Positions 1 through 14,191 of a stretch of DNA of 64,000 bases are shown here, piece after piece. The notes under the pieces are model-generated. The model saw nothing but the letters and a program-made list of their open reading frames with translations. It was not told where the DNA came from and searched no databases. Source of the stretch: Euprymna scolopes (Eukaryota); the NCBI GenBank assembly GCA_053919585.1, contig CM132786.1. One strand, 5' to 3'. How positions within the stretch are numbered: the first letter of the stretch is position 1; each line of letters begins with the position of its first letter. The translations under genes were made by a program, and so were the position numbers.

Positions 1-644
1 GGCTCTTTAAATCGAATAAGTTTTTTGAGATATTTGCGGTAGAATTTTTTTCTCTCTACATCCAATACAATCATAAACCAAAGATCTATAGAACAGAAAA
101 ATGTAATACACATCTCTCAAGCTGTTGCAAATAGACCATCGACATCACATATTCTTTAAATGTATAAACAATAATACATATGTACAATCATTCATATTTT
201 TTTTTACAAAAGTGGTAAAATATTATCAGAGTGACTCAGTTCGATATAACGTCGTGCAAATATAAACAATAAATGAAAGGGTGCGATCAAGTATTTACGT
301 GTCCCACTCGTATAAAATGATATATTTAGACACACTGATGATGACAGAAAAAATTAATACGCAAAAACAAGCAGATGAAAAAGGCAACATTAATTAGTTG
401 AGTGGATATATAACAGTATATAGTTTGTTTTCCTTACGCTTGTCTAAATAAAAATAATACATTTTATTTTCTCCATCTTCAAATGATCAAACGCCGCAGT
501 AAGGACGCAATGAAAAATAATGCATCTTTCTCAAATAAGTTATGCATGATACAAATAATTTCCCCGAAAAGTACAACTGGTTTTCCAGATTGTTAAAACA
601 TACAAATATTCCTAGATGTACAGTGTGACAAAAAAAAAAAAACT

Positions 645-1700
645 GATGTTTTGAAGAGCGTGACCTCGATCCAGCGTCGATCAGTGCGTCTATCGGTCTA
701 CGTCTTTTTTAACTAGGCACTCAATTCCGGAGATCTAGTTTGGGATTTTATTTCGTCGGGTCTCTCTATTTTCTCGTGTTTTCTTGGCCGATTTATTTCA
801 TTGGTGGTCCCGTTTAGGTCTGCTCCCACCACTGTCTAGACGTCCATGACCTCTGGTGTTTATCCGTCCCAGGGTTACTCCTTTCTTTGAGGGTTTGTCG
901 TGGTTGCATGTCCGTGTATTTTACCTGTGTGGCGGTCGGTGGTGAGTGGGTTTCGAGTGTAACCTGGCCTTGCTTTTTCCTGAAGTGAAATTATTTAATC
1001 TTTCTTCAGTTGCGCATTGCCAGTCTCGTTCTAACCTGTTATAGTTGGACCCCCCTCGCTGCAGTCTTTCCGAAGCACACCCCAAAAACTTATATCTTAC
1101 AGTGTTACATATGCTCTAAGGTTCGGTTTTGGGTACCCTAAATCTAGTTGGGGCTCTCCTTGTCCCTGATACCTATTAAAACACTTATTTAAGAAAGCTT
1201 TCTCTTTCTCGTTGCCACATTTAAGTCGCCCATAACACATTTCGCTTTGTCTAGCAGCTGACAAGTCCTCCGATAGTGTTGTCGGGTTCGATCTCCTCAT
1301 CCTCCTTGATAAAGAGTTTATTTAACGCATCTATGAAGATTTCAGCTAAGTGCACTTGCTCATCTCTGCGTCCCTATGGGCGCACTTAGCAATTTTTTTC
1401 ATCCCACTTGCTAATCGGCGAGTACCTCACCTCGATCTTACTTTATTCTCATTAAAGCCCGAGCAGCAGCGTCAGCATTTATAAACTCGCCGCACTGGGC
1501 TGCTACTTGGTCGATTGATTGGCATTTATTGCTTGGAGTTCTCTAGGCGACTTTATTTTAAAAATATAATGTCTTAACCAATTTAAGTAATGTTCTCCTG
1601 ATGCAATGTTGGAAGAACATTCAGGATTGTTGGACATTTTTGGAAGATGCGTAGATGTATTTGCTGAAATTGAACTAGTCAGACGCATTGTTTAACTTTT
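645..1700 (-). mobile_element. Decayed Gypsy-type LTR retrotransposon gag-protease fragment
   Basis: Minus-strand translation across stops and frameshifts gives a capsid-like run (AARALMRIK*DRGEVLAD...RDEQVHLAEIFIDALN...RRSNPTTLSEDLSAARQSE) and, near 660-700, an aspartic-protease-like motif PIDALIDAGS (D-T/S-G variant). Truncated just after the protease motif. Confidence 0.6.
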
Positions 1701-2199
1701 AGCGCAGGTGTCGCATCGATATGAGCGCCTGCAAACCGTCCGAGTCAGCTATCGAGTATCGGGATATTACTTAATGGAAAATGATAAAGTAGGTTTTGTT
1801 ATACTTTATTTATAATATTTCCGAGACAAGCGAGGAAACTAAACTGCATGATGTATCCACAAGACTTGCTAATCATCCATCAACACCGGATAGCCAAGTA
1901 GGTTTGTGAACAATCTAAGTAAGTTCTTATGAGAGGGAGGAATCATAACACAATCCCGTCTGTCATCTGTTTTTTTAGTCAACTTCCATTTATCATTTTA
2001 GAGCATTAAAATATCAAAAGACGCTTAGTTTGTTAGCGAAAAACAGGCAGCTTATGCTCAGTTTTCCTATTGATACTGTCAATGTTAGCTACTCTATCAA
2101 TGTGAGGACGGTAGATGGCAAATATAAATTCGGTGGTGTGTATAAGCGCGACTCTAGAGCACATGTATAAAAACGTGGTTCTTCTTCTGAGATTTCCCT

Positions 2200-3450
2200 T
2201 TCACAAGCCAATTCATGTATTATGTATGCCCATCTTCCATGTCCACGGCGGTAGTGAATGCAGGATTTACATATGAAGTTTCACTTGACTTTAACGGAAA
2301 AATCGGCTAAGTAAACAGTTGAATAAATACAAGTTACAGGCACTTGCAAAGTTGAAAAGTTACACTCTGATGTTAGAGAAAGAGATTTGGGGGTGTGGTC
2401 TACAAAAGGGAGTGAGACGGCCGTAGTCTTTGACACATACAAGGTTTTGCCAATGTCTAGCATAAAGTTTTGCTAATAAAAATTAAATTGTACGGTATAC
2501 CTTGTCGAATACTAAATATAATTAGAAAAATCGAAGGCCATGGGATCATCTACGTTGCCATTGATGGGCTCACAATCAAACAGCGTAAAGTTAATTCGAA
2601 AGTGCCTCAGAGGTCGACTCTGTGTAATTCCTGGTATATATTAACGACTTCCCTGACAGATGTTCGAGATGGGTATCAATGATCAAAAGGAGAACAGATG
2701 CATACAAATTTAAGACAATAGCAGAAACATTAAAATTACATCCAGGCCGTAGTTGAATGGACCCCAAAATGAATGGCAATGTTTAATACTTGTAAGCCTA
2801 AACCTCTGTTCTTAAACAATTAGTATGAACCTGTCCAACCACCGGTATCGGTAATTTATATTACTATAATTGAGTTATCTTCCTTCAAACTCATTTGCTA
2901 GAAAGCCACAAGCAATATAAAATAAACAATATGAATTGAGGACATTGTGAACGCTGTTGCAGAAAGGTGCTGCCCCACTATAGAGCTACATGACTACTCA
3001 CACTTTTTCTTCTACAAAGCCACTATTCGTCGATTGAAAATTGTTGCTATATCTGAACTAGTGTATCTATTACTAGTATCCCTCTCTTGGATAAGATCCA
3101 TAAAGCCCTCCACTTTAATAACTCTTACTTTGTCAACAAACTCCAACCCCTCTCCCTTCGCTACACTCTTGCATTCCTCTGTCTGTTTTCCAACTATTTT
3201 AATAGAATGTGCTCTGCTAATCTCGTTGCACTGATGTCCCCTTGATATACATACTCTTAAAAAATAAAAAAAGTACACCTCTTCACTGTTGAGTTTCCTA
3301 AATGCCAGCTCGCTTTCTACTGTTTTAATTTCTTCCCTCGCTGAGGCAGACTTTTGACTGATGTTCCTGCTTCACAGACTGTACTCATACGCAGAAATTT
3401 TTATGTAACGTAAATCAACATCTTGTAAATATTTCCTAAACATTTCACTT
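2200..3450 (+). mobile_element. CR1-group non-LTR retrotransposon (LINE), RT and 3' fragment, decayed
   Basis: LIKIKLYGIPCRILNII...VAIDGLTIKQRKVNSKVPQRSTL is the RT GVPQGS region, and FFYKATIRR matches the LYKATIRP motif. Same family as the copies at 53.6-55.7 kb and 61.3-63.3 kb. Confidence 0.8.
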
Positions 3451-5458
3451 TTATGTTAAAATGTGCGCCCTACACGTTACACATTCAGCACACGTTGTTG
3501 CTGCTTCGCGTTTGGTTTCGAATTAAGTATAACAGTTCCATTTTTTTATTCAAAACTGCACTACACACCATCTGACTGTGAAAGTCAACATATCATATTT
3601 AGTTATGTCCTTCAATCTCTGTGTATACGTAATTTGGTGCTTAATACTCGAATCTCCATCAGTTTTGTTCTTGATTAATATAATTTTACTTTGTAAAATG
3701 TCATAATTAATAGAAAGCGTTGGACACAAGCACTATTATTCATGCACAATTATCTCTTGGAATCGAAAATGAAGGACAATGTATTGTTAATTAGCAACAT
3801 ACGTGAACAAAAACGTTTTCAGTTAAGATGATACAAATGCAGATTTATGTTATGGGTGTATGTGAATGCTCCACACTGTATTTGCATCATGAGTGAGATT
3901 TTGTTTTCAAAGAATTACACAGAATTGTTGAGATAAATACGCGAATATTTTCAGTTTAACTAATACAAAAAATCTACGATAAAACGCGGCACCTAGCCTC
4001 CATTGTTTCTCCGATAATTAATTACAGATTTATAATTTAATAATTATGATTTACGCATCTGCTACTAATCATTGTGAAAGTGAACCACCGATTATAACAT
4101 TTATGATAATAATTCTAGATTGAGAAAGATATGTTGGGTGTATGCTCATTAATTTATCCGTGTTTAATTTCTGGCTTCGAGAATACTTTTTTTATATAAC
4201 GTTTAGTTCATATTCTGCTCGTAACTTAACAATTGTGACCTTAAAAGCAACGCGCTATAGACTATTCTATTTGATATATGAGTTAGGCTAAACTGTCATG
4301 CATATTGTTAAGAAAAATGTGCATTAAGTCATTTGTCTTTATAAAGCTGTAAAATATTTGTTTGCAAAAGTTATTTTAAACCCCCTCACTAAAGATGTGG
4401 TGTGTAGCTTTGAAACTATAACATAGTTAAGTAATGTCAATGACACTTTTTAATCGTAACAGTTCTTAATCCGTAAATAACTTTGACTAATAAAAGTAAT
4501 ATTTTGACGGGTGCATAAAAATCATCTAAATTTTAAATACTCGTACAAGATCTTCCTTTCAAGTACTTATTTCTTTATTCATGGTGATGGGGTTAAATAT
4601 GACTGAAAAAAGTATATCAGTTTTAGGGAAAAACACTATCTAAAGTAAATTAAACTTTTACGTTATCAATAATTTTAACATTTTCCTATTTAAATGTATT
4701 TCTATTTTACGGGGTTCTCTGCTAAAAACACTTTTATTTTTTAATTTCTGAGGGTTGAGATCTTTGATTGTCTCCATTTGGTATGTTAAATTTGGTATTT
4801 TTATGCATCATAACGAAAAATGTAACTAATTATGTGATTTACAGCTTCTTTGCCCACGTGCACTCGAACTATTGTATACCTATTAATGTTGATTTCCTTG
4901 TGAATATATTTGTCCGCATTGTTTTGTACTTGTCGCTCCTAATAGCAATTTCTCACGTGTTGTTTTTCGTTTATAAGTTGGTGTGTATTCGTGCGACGTT
5001 TTCTTTGAGAACACAGTAGCTGATAACTTTCTGACATTTTTCTTAGGTGGCAAATGTGATATCTACTTTTTATCTATTTCTCTTTTCAGTAAATTCCTAT
5101 AGTGTATCCAAATGAGTGTTTTTTTATTGTCGAGGAGCTATGTGAACGACTGTGCATAACAAATAAATTATATATATAAACCTTCAGGTATTTACATATC
5201 CATTGAATGGATATAACGTGTGCATATGTATGAGTGACTTATGATCGTTTGGTGTTCTCATTAAGTTACATGTCGATATATTTACAGAAACAGGTCAACA
5301 CATATAAAAGACTTACAACAAAAACGGATGTATAACAGTTTTCAACGCATTTATATCGGGCAATAGGAGCGACATATTTGGCCACTTTTTAACCTTGGAC
5401 TGCAAATAAGATTTTTCTCAATGAAGCAACAAGTCTCGGGCTTGTTTTTTCTCAGCTT

Positions 5459-5496
5459 TATTTATTATCATTATTATTATTATTATTTTTATTATA

Positions 5497-5534
<38 letters not shown>
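5459..5534. repeat. (TAT)n microsatellite
   Basis: Visible trinucleotide run. Confidence 0.95.
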
Positions 5535-6522
5535 CCCATTAAAAAGCTGCGCGATGAACCTACGTTCTTTACATGTGATAGGCATTTAACCCCGATTCTC
5601 TGGGTGCTTCGAGCCATTACGGTCACTCGGCTGGAATCTCGCTCTGTGACTTTCCAGCTCTAAACAGTTACTCACAAAAATTATACAAAAATCGTTCCCT
5701 TTTTAAGATGTAACCATATGTATCAATCATACCATTCGACTGATATCTGTCACGTCTCTATGTTTATCTAGCTTATATTTCTATTTGTGCCATTTATGAA
5801 AACTAACATTCCTTTGCGTTTCTAACATAAATAGTTTTTACCCTAAAGAATACCATTTCGCGTTGATGCAATACTTTTTAACATTTGTTGCGACATACAT
5901 AGCGATCAAAATATTAATAATCCAGTCCTGACCGAACTCATGAATCATAGTGAAAGGAAGTGGTTCTTTATATTTGAGTTTAACTCATGACAGATCTTAC
6001 GTGAAGTCTGATATGTCCGTATTAAACTCGGCTATAGTATCATATTTTGCCATAGTGGAATATCTAGTACACATTGACCATGAAAGTATGTATATAAAAA
6101 ATAGAACACAGGAACATTTTCGTCATTTAATATTCTATTATTGTTTCTTTTAGAGCAGTGTATACAAAGCATGAGCAATTTATCGAGGAGCATTCATAAT
6201 GGTGAGGAAAAAGACTTATGACTAAATACAATAAACACTTCTGGCATAGAAAAATATTTCTCGTCGTTCTGTCTTAAGAGCCAATACTGGCTAGTGAACA
6301 AAATCCAAGTTCCTGTGCACTTGTCTCAAGTTGTACACTTTTGAAAGGAGATTCCGTAATTTTACTCAATAGAAATTTTTCTACTGCTAATGTTGTATCT
6401 AAAATCACTTATATCACACGAGCGTATTTGATATTATAACATGCTCATATATACGATTATATATACCTGTATATATGCGAGTGTGTTTGGACGCGAACAA
6501 GTGTGGGTTTGCTTATGTGTAC

Positions 6523-6526
<4 letters not shown>

Positions 6527-6579
<53 letters not shown>

Positions 6580-6586
6580 CATATAT
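6527..6586. repeat. (TA)n microsatellite
   Basis: Visible run. Similar (TA)n/(CA)n tracts lie near 10290, 10515, 14120, 15492, 17090, 19291, 19845, 28030, 28478, 30410, 32503, 33330, 37660 and 40650. Confidence 0.95.
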
Positions 6587-6648
6587 GCGTCAGGGAGTGT
6601 GTACGCGTGTTAATGTTATATTGAATGTGTGATCTAATAAATATTAAA

Positions 6649-7410
6649 TCTATAATATAAAGCTGAACGTCTGTGTGTGCGTCTGGTCACGAATAGGCTG
6701 CTATATGGTTGGCTTTTATTGAAAACTAATCACATATAATGATGGAAGATGTATCGAGACACAGGAATGGGTATGCTTGATCTGGCATAATGATGATTCA
6801 TTAAAATTGTCGGGTCTGTGTACGCGCCTGGTCCACAAGGTATGGAAATAAAACATTTAAACATTAAAAAGACGTTTACAAGTGTCTTTGATATAGGTGT
6901 ACATAAGAATACTTTGATGAGTATGTTTTAACTTAAATAGGGATGGTATAATAAAATTGCAGCGTTTGCGTTCGCGACTGATCTCCATAGAATGGAAATA
7001 GGCACACACTTTAATAAAGATTTTTCATATCTATCTGCGTAAGTATACTTTGATTATTATGTTTCAGTTTGAAGAAAGCTGGTATAATATAATTATGGGG
7101 TGTTCGTTCGCGCCTTACCTTCATAGAATGGAAATATGTCACAAAGTTTAACAAGTTTTTTTTTTTAAATATAGATGCACAGAATATTGTGATAAGTGTT
7201 TCAGTATGAACAGGTATGGTATAATAAATTATGGGGTTAGTTTATTTCATTTTTTAATTTCATCATATTTTGCTTTGGTTTTGATACCCCCAAATTCGAA
7301 GCTATCCCTTTACAACCCTTCCTTTTCATAACCTATCATACTTTCATAAATCAGCATCCATTTTCTATAGGCTGTTTTTGAACCCAGTCATTGAGGGGTA
7401 CTTTTGCTAG
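6649..7410 (+). mobile_element. Non-autonomous Helitron with internal ~135-bp tandem repeats
   Basis: A|TCTATAATATAAAGCTGAACGTCTGTGTG 5' end. 3' end CCCAGTCATTGAGGGG...TGCTAG|T. Inserted between A and T. About three diverged internal repeats (GGTATAAT...TTCGCG...CATAGAATGGAAATA). Confidence 0.7.
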
Positions 7411-7470
7411 TAAAATATAAAATTGCAATTATATATTCGATAAAATAATTCCCACAAATTATTAAATCCG

Positions 7471-7602
7471 NNNNNNNNNNNNNNNNNNNNNNNNNNNNNN
7501 NNNNNNNNNNNNNNNNNNNNNNNNNNNNNNNNNNNNNNNNNNNNNNNNNNNNNNNNNNNNNNNNNNNNNNNNNNNNNNNNNNNNNNNNNNNNNNNNNNNN
7601 NN
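7471..7602. other. Assembly gap (N run). Others at 14930-15091, 37290-37495, 42152-42381, 58352-58536, 58585-58723 and 59303-59483
   Basis: Runs of n. Confidence 0.99.
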
Positions 7603-8199
7603 CATTTGTTTGTGTGTGAATCATTCAAATTATCTTGAGGAGCTGATTGCATGAATATACGAAATCAACTATTAGGCCAGTCACAATTTTCCTTTTTTAT
7701 AATGACAGTCTCGATCGGAAATTGAATTGAAAATCAATTTCGAATGGTATCTCGTATTTTTTGCGATGGCCGCTCTCATATTTCGCAGGACAAACTTGGG
7801 TATTTTCATGCTCAATCATAGCCGTAAATAGATATATGCAATATGTTATCGGAAATCTACTACACACTAGCAAACATACCTTGGGGTTTGTCGGAATAAG
7901 GGCATTAGGAAGTATGTGTAAGATATTTAATAAAAGATTCCATCTTTCTAAAAATCTAAAGTGTTAAAACACTAAAACCACTGTTTCTTTTTCTCTATTT
8001 TTCTCTGTGTTTATTACCCCTCTAATCTAAACTATTAGAGGTTATTTGTATTTCAATTTGAAAAAGGAAAGAAAGTTAAAGTCAAACTGCTTCCTGTATT
8101 TCTTACCAAAATTAAACATTGATTAATAACAACTTACATACAAAGCTAAGAAACTATTATGAGTTAACATTCGTATCTATAGGTTACCTTACGAATGAC

Positions 8200-10200
8200 G
8201 ATCTCAGCATCTTCACAAATGATTGGCGTCTCAAGATTAGTGTACTGCATAAAGTATATTTTCATGTTTACTCCGGTGACTTTGAAGGTCTGCATTTCAA
8301 TTACAAGGACGATCGCGTACATGATACACCAGGCTCAATGTCTTAACGTGGTTGATTGCTTCCGAGTGAGGAATAGCAACTTTGTACAGAACCATGTGCC
8401 TTCTTAGTCCGGGTGTAGAGCTGCATACATTACTGCATATTACATACACTGTGCTATGAGTTCGGTATATAACATTGAATGATGATGGCCTGTTATTGTG
8501 AAATTCAAGGGGCTCACATACCCTGGCCTTGAAAGGAGAACGCTTGCCCACATTGCACGGATTTTATTTGCATGGTTGCCTAGAAAACATGCAAGATCTC
8601 CCTTTCGACATGACTTTTCATCTTTGCACGCGCCATCCTCCATACTTGTAGAGAACAACAGCTATTTTCCTCAATGTCACACAATCAAACTATGTTTCTT
8701 CACAAGTGTCGTTATCAATATTTCACCGCCCAGGAATTCTTTAGCCTCCATCTTTGCCGCGTCTTGTGGGCTTATGGTCTTGACGCTTACTACTTTGAAA
8801 TTTTCGATAGAATAGTCCTTCAGGAGTCGATCATAATTCATATGTACAGTGTGATTTCAAGGCTCGGACACCTTGCTTTTTCTTTTTCCTCTTCGTCCGG
8901 TATGTAGTTTTGCCATACTATACAAAAAAAAAAAACCTCCGTCGCTTCTCAGACGCTTAGAGTGGAAATATTCTAGAGATTTCTGTGTCTCTGATAGGTC
9001 GTCAATTATTATGTAGCATATATTATTATGCAGCATATAGAGGAACTGTGACAACATACACAATACACAGATCCGTCTTTGGTTTTAATAGTTACTTTCC
9101 AATCACTTATCTCCCTCTTCTCCAGTTTCTAAAACGCAACAGAACCTTTGGAATGCTAGTGTATACCCAGCATCCGGTACACTTCAAAGCTAGACAAATA
9201 CACTTACCACTTCAAGCATAGTACCACTAACCAAGCTGTTTGGCTCAATATACTCCTCTCCAGGGATACGCGGGAACATAAAATTCCTTTTCCTCCAACT
9301 TATGTTTAGCCCAAATTACTCACAGGCTAATGAAAAATCGTTTATAATAACCTGTATGTAAAGCGCAGTCGAGCGAGAAGGTCTGCGATATCTGCAGCAG
9401 AATTTCCCTGAGTAGATCTTGGAACACTTTTGATATTGCATTTAATCTTCTGAGGTTAAAAACATTTCCAACAGACATGAAGTGTAATAAGCCACTTATG
9501 TCACAACTTGGAAATGCATGTCTCAACAGAACCGAAAAATAGATAGAAAAAAAGAGTTAAGCCAGTATTATCTCCTAGCTTTACAAAATAGTCCATGGAT
9601 ATGTCATCTGAGATCTGACCCTTGAATGCAACTCTAGCTTTCATATCCTGATGGAATTTCGTTAAATTATATAAGATATCGCCGGATAACCAATCTTACA
9701 CAGCCTCCCCCGCAAAGCATATCTATTAGCTGTGTTGAAGGCTTTTGTCAGATGCTCAAAACCTGATACAAGGGCACGCGTTGCTCAAAAGATTTTACCT
9801 GTTCCTGGCGAGCGGATAATATCATATCCACACAGCGTCTTCCTGATCAAAAGACGCACTGCCTTCAATGGGGTGATTCTCTCCAACAATTGGTTAAATA
9901 AAACTTGCGCAAGACCTTTACCAACAGACTCTAGAAGAGTAATTAAAATAGCTGTCACTGATCGAGTGTTCTCCTTTATTCTTGTATAGATGCATTAGGA
10001 TTCCATAAATCAAGTCTATTGAAATGGTTTCAATCCAGTCCTGCACAATTAGGTCAAACATCTCAGACGCATATTCTTACTACCTGTTTTCCTGAGCTTT
10101 ACCGTTATGTGTACTAGTGATTTATTACTTCCTCCACTGTTGGAATGTTAGTCATTGAGAACTGTATCTCTAGTTATGGTAAACATTCAATCCCGGCCTC
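8200..10200 (-). mobile_element. RTE-clade LINE, 5'-truncated and decayed (copy A)
   Basis: Minus strand: RCVDMILSARQEQVKSFEQRVPLYQV and LRHAFPSCDISG...GNVFNLRRLNAISKVFQDLLREIL (RTE RT signature FNLRRL...ELLYADD), followed by C-terminal C2H2-like remnants. Confidence 0.85.
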
Positions 10201-10314
10201 ATCAACAATAAACGGATCATAGAGGAGTTATGAATATACACACAGAGACGCTGCCACCCATAGACATAAATACACGCAAACACCCTCTCTCTCTCACACA
10301 CACACACACACACG

Positions 10315-10345
<31 letters not shown>

Positions 10346-10522
10346 TGCTTTAAGAGAGATATTTTCAGTCTCGTTACATGTTTATCTTATGCAGAAGAAT
10401 GAGTATAACACGACATATTCTCACATAAGAAAACACGATGCCATCAATGAAATTAGAACCTCCTAGAAAACATCTATAAAAAACGCAGAAAATTACCAAA
10501 ATCCTTGACCACCTATATATAC

Positions 10523-10579
<57 letters not shown>

Positions 10580-10583
10580 TATA

Positions 10584-13500
10584 TGGTGGATTCTCTCATC
10601 TAAGACGATGAGGGGGAGTTCAATATTCAATCTTCAGCATCTCCTACGCTCTGTGACACCGCATGCATAATTGCAATCCTGTGAACGCCCGACACACTCC
10701 TCCGCAGATGGTGAACTTTCATCTGTCGTCGGTCAAAGATGGCTTCTCAAGTTAACAGATAACACTTCTTTGCTGCGTGCTCTGAAGCCACAGTGGCATA
10801 CATATTCATTTTTACGTGGATTTTTCTTGTGTTTTGCCTTCGTATTTGCACGAACGACGTCCCTATGACAAAGGCGGTTATGTTCACATTATTTGATTCC
10901 CAAGAAACACATCTTCCTCCATTTTCTGCGACCCCCTGCTGCACTCTCCCAGGAACTCAGAGAAATTTCACAACGTTTGAGGTTGTCTTTAATTTATCTT
11001 TGTAACGAAGCAGGGGACGCCCTATTGGACGGCAAGAATTTGTCAGTTATCCATAAGAAAGTTGCTTAGGAACTCTTCAGTCATCCATTCTCACAAGATG
11101 ACCCGACCACCGCATTTGTATCCTGAACAAAAATGATTCAATACCAATGATTTTTACATCTCTCCAGTAATTCTCTATTCAGAACACGATCCTGCCACCC
11201 AACATTGCAAATAAAACGCAGGTATCTCATATGGAAGGAGTCAATCTGATTTATATGCTTACGGTACAATGTCCACGTTTCGGCACCATACAGAAGAGTA
11301 GGCAGAACAACAGATTTGTAGACTGCCACTTTATTTTTGGAGAAACATCGTGGCTGATGCAGATCCTGTGTCGCAACCTACCAAATACTTCACTAGCTTT
11401 AATAAATTCTACATTGGATGCCCTTTTAAAAATTATCATCATCAGCCACAACATATCCTATGTATGTAAAAGTGGGCACTGTTTTTAAAGCTTCCCCATC
11501 AACATATATCACTGTATGTGAAGAGGGCGTAGCGTTTGGTTTTGGCTGGTGAATAATTTCAGTCCTTTTTATGCTAATTGTAAGACTGAAGGCCTTACAT
11601 GCGCCAGAAAAGCTATTGAGGGTGTTCTGCATGTCATTAACACTATGCGTGACAAGAGCGCAGTCATTAGCATAAAGGAGGTCAAGCACAGTCTGCACTG
11701 AAGTCTTGGGTTGAGTCTTGAACCGTTGCTTGTTAAGTAATCCTCCATTTGATCGATACTCAACACATATGCCTTTGAGGTGTTCCTGAAAGTTGTCTCA
11801 GGCATCACTGAAAAGAAAAGAGCAAATAAGATGGGATCACAGTTTTACAGATTGATCCATTGAGTCTGTTTACGACTACATGGACTAGAATTTTAACAGC
11901 AACATACAAAAGAGAAATTCCTCTACGGTTATCACACTTACACTTATTTTCTTTGTACTTAAACAGGTAAATAATTGACGCGTATTTGAACTGCTGTGGC
12001 ACGGTACTAAGTTTCCATATAAATTAAAACATGGCAGTTAGTTTCCTGATTAACAGTTGACTTCTACATTTGTATATATCTGCAGGTATCCCGTCATCAC
12101 CTGGACCCTTACCATTTGAAAGTTGCTTTATATCCCATTCAGTCTCTAACATGGTAGGAGTATCAGCAAGCGCCTCGATGGTTGGCCCCTGAGGAATATC
12201 ATCAATAACTTCTCGACCCACTGTCTGTTCTCTGTTTAAAACATTTGAAAAGTGTTCAGCCCAGCGCTTAATAAGTTCTTTCTCATCAGTGAGGAGAATG
12301 CCATTTGACGAACATGTTTGAAATATCCCCTTAAAATGGGACAAACACCCCCTTTAGGTGTTGGTAAAATGATTTAAAATCACAACTATCCGCCGAATCT
12401 GGTAAGGCGTCAGCTTTCTGCTCCCATGTTTTATTTCATTTTCCGGAGCCGATATTTTGCCAACATTTTGGCCATTCGGAAAGACTTGTGTTTCACTGAA
12501 GAATTTTTGTCAGTAATGACTACTTGATGGGTTTGATGCATGTTATTGAAAAGTGGGACCATAGTTGGATAATTTTCACCAAAGCAATCATGTTTTTTCC
12601 TTCGAACACATCTTAATGACTCTTTGGCAGTCTAATACACTGCAGTTTTAAACTCTCTTCAAGATGTCTCACCTGTCATTCCCCCATACAACGTAGGGCG
12701 GATTTTCATCAGTAGCCTTTTGAATGAGTACATCATCTCCTTAACTTCAACTTGGCTACGTCAATTCTCTTGATGGAAGAATTACGCTGGTTCCGAACAG
12801 GGCGCTTGATTTTCATCCTGACTGTGGAGCAGATCAAATTATGGTCGGACAAACATTCCCCGATGCTGTAAGCGCGGTTAAGATTTATATATTGTCTATC
12901 AGAACGACGTACAATGACATAATCAATGAGATGATAATGATTAGACCGGTTATATTTCCAACTGGCTTTCATGCAATTAGGCAGCTAAAACACTGTATTA
13001 GTGAGTAAAATATCGAATTCACTGCAAATAGACAATAAGAGAACACCATTTGAGGTGACTTTACCAATTCCATGTGAACCAATGACATTTCTCCAAAATT
13101 GTGTATCACTACCCACACGAGAATTGAAGTAACCCAAGACAAAAAAACTTATCCTGTATACAGACCTTGTTAATCTCTTTACATAAAGAGGAGTAAAACC
13201 TCTCTTTTAGCTCATCAGATGAATTAACTGCAGCCGCATAGCAACTCAAAAATGTGGCATAACCGTCTTTTTCTACTGTAATGCGCATGGGCATAAGTTT
13301 TCGTTTATACCATGGGCAGGGGCTCAAGATTTTTGGCAATATCATTCATGATGGCAAAACCAACGTCAGGTTCACGTTTCTGAGAACTTGGTTTTCCAAC
13401 CCAATAAAAAGTGTATCCACCTCAAACTTCCTCTAGCTGTCTTGTATCAGCAAACCTAGTTTCAGAAAGAGCTGCAACAGAAATTATATGATGTCTTAAC

Positions 13501-13640
13501 CCACGTGATATGAAAGTGTTATTTCGTTCAGTGTTCTTTTTGTAATCCTGGAGTGTTCTTACATTCCAAGTCGCAATGGACATATTCGTTCCATATATTT
13601 TGTTTCTTTTCTCCAAGTTTGTTTTACTCCGGTGGGAAGA
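10584..13640 (-). mobile_element. RTE-clade LINE, near full length, decayed (copy B): APE endonuclease + RT + C-terminal zinc finger
   Basis: MSIATWNVRTL...VAALSETRFAD (APE N-terminus), HYHLIDYVIVRRSD...SDH, KRWAEHFSNVLN, KGPGDDGIPADIYK, DLLYANDCAL, VYKSVVLPTLLYGAETW, YVCHCGFRARS zinc finger. 3' stem-loop abuts a (TA)n tail. Confidence 0.95.
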
Positions 13641-13644
13641 TGGG

Positions 13645-14115
13645 TAATTTTGCTGTTGAATAATAAGTAGAGGACATATAATAATCTATTTTTTTAGACA
13701 AACCAAGAACGCAACGCATGATTATATGACAGGAGCAGCATGTGATTAATAACAGATGCGGGTTAAACACAACCAAATCCTTTAGATCAAAAACTTAATT
13801 TATATAGTTATTTTTTAAATAAGCCATTGTAGCACGTTCTGGACCTATCTGATTAAATTAATTAATAAATCATAGTCGCCTTCAAGTAATCAATGAACCG
13901 AAAAAAACGGCCTGAATTACCTCCCTTTAACCATTATAAGAAACAAAATCGACCTAGTTCAAAACAGAACTAACTAGCAGTACTTAACAATTTAATTAGA
14001 TTATCTCCCTTCAAATGTTCTTAAGCAACGACATAAAAACATTTCTCAAGTAAAATAACTATGAATCTTCAGACAGTAAATAGTTTAGAACACTTCACCC
14101 GAAATGTCCTACAAG

Positions 14116-14191
<76 letters not shown>

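Noticed and set aside
3950-4800. Third, inverted copy of the 1.3-kb repeat
   Set aside because: Only short AT-rich similarities, and in inconsistent order.
5421-5663. Poly-Tyr ORF
   Set aside because: Translation of (TAT)n.
8200-10200. Possible endogenous viral or host gene
   Set aside because: Frameshift-aware translation gives RTE reverse transcriptase motifs.
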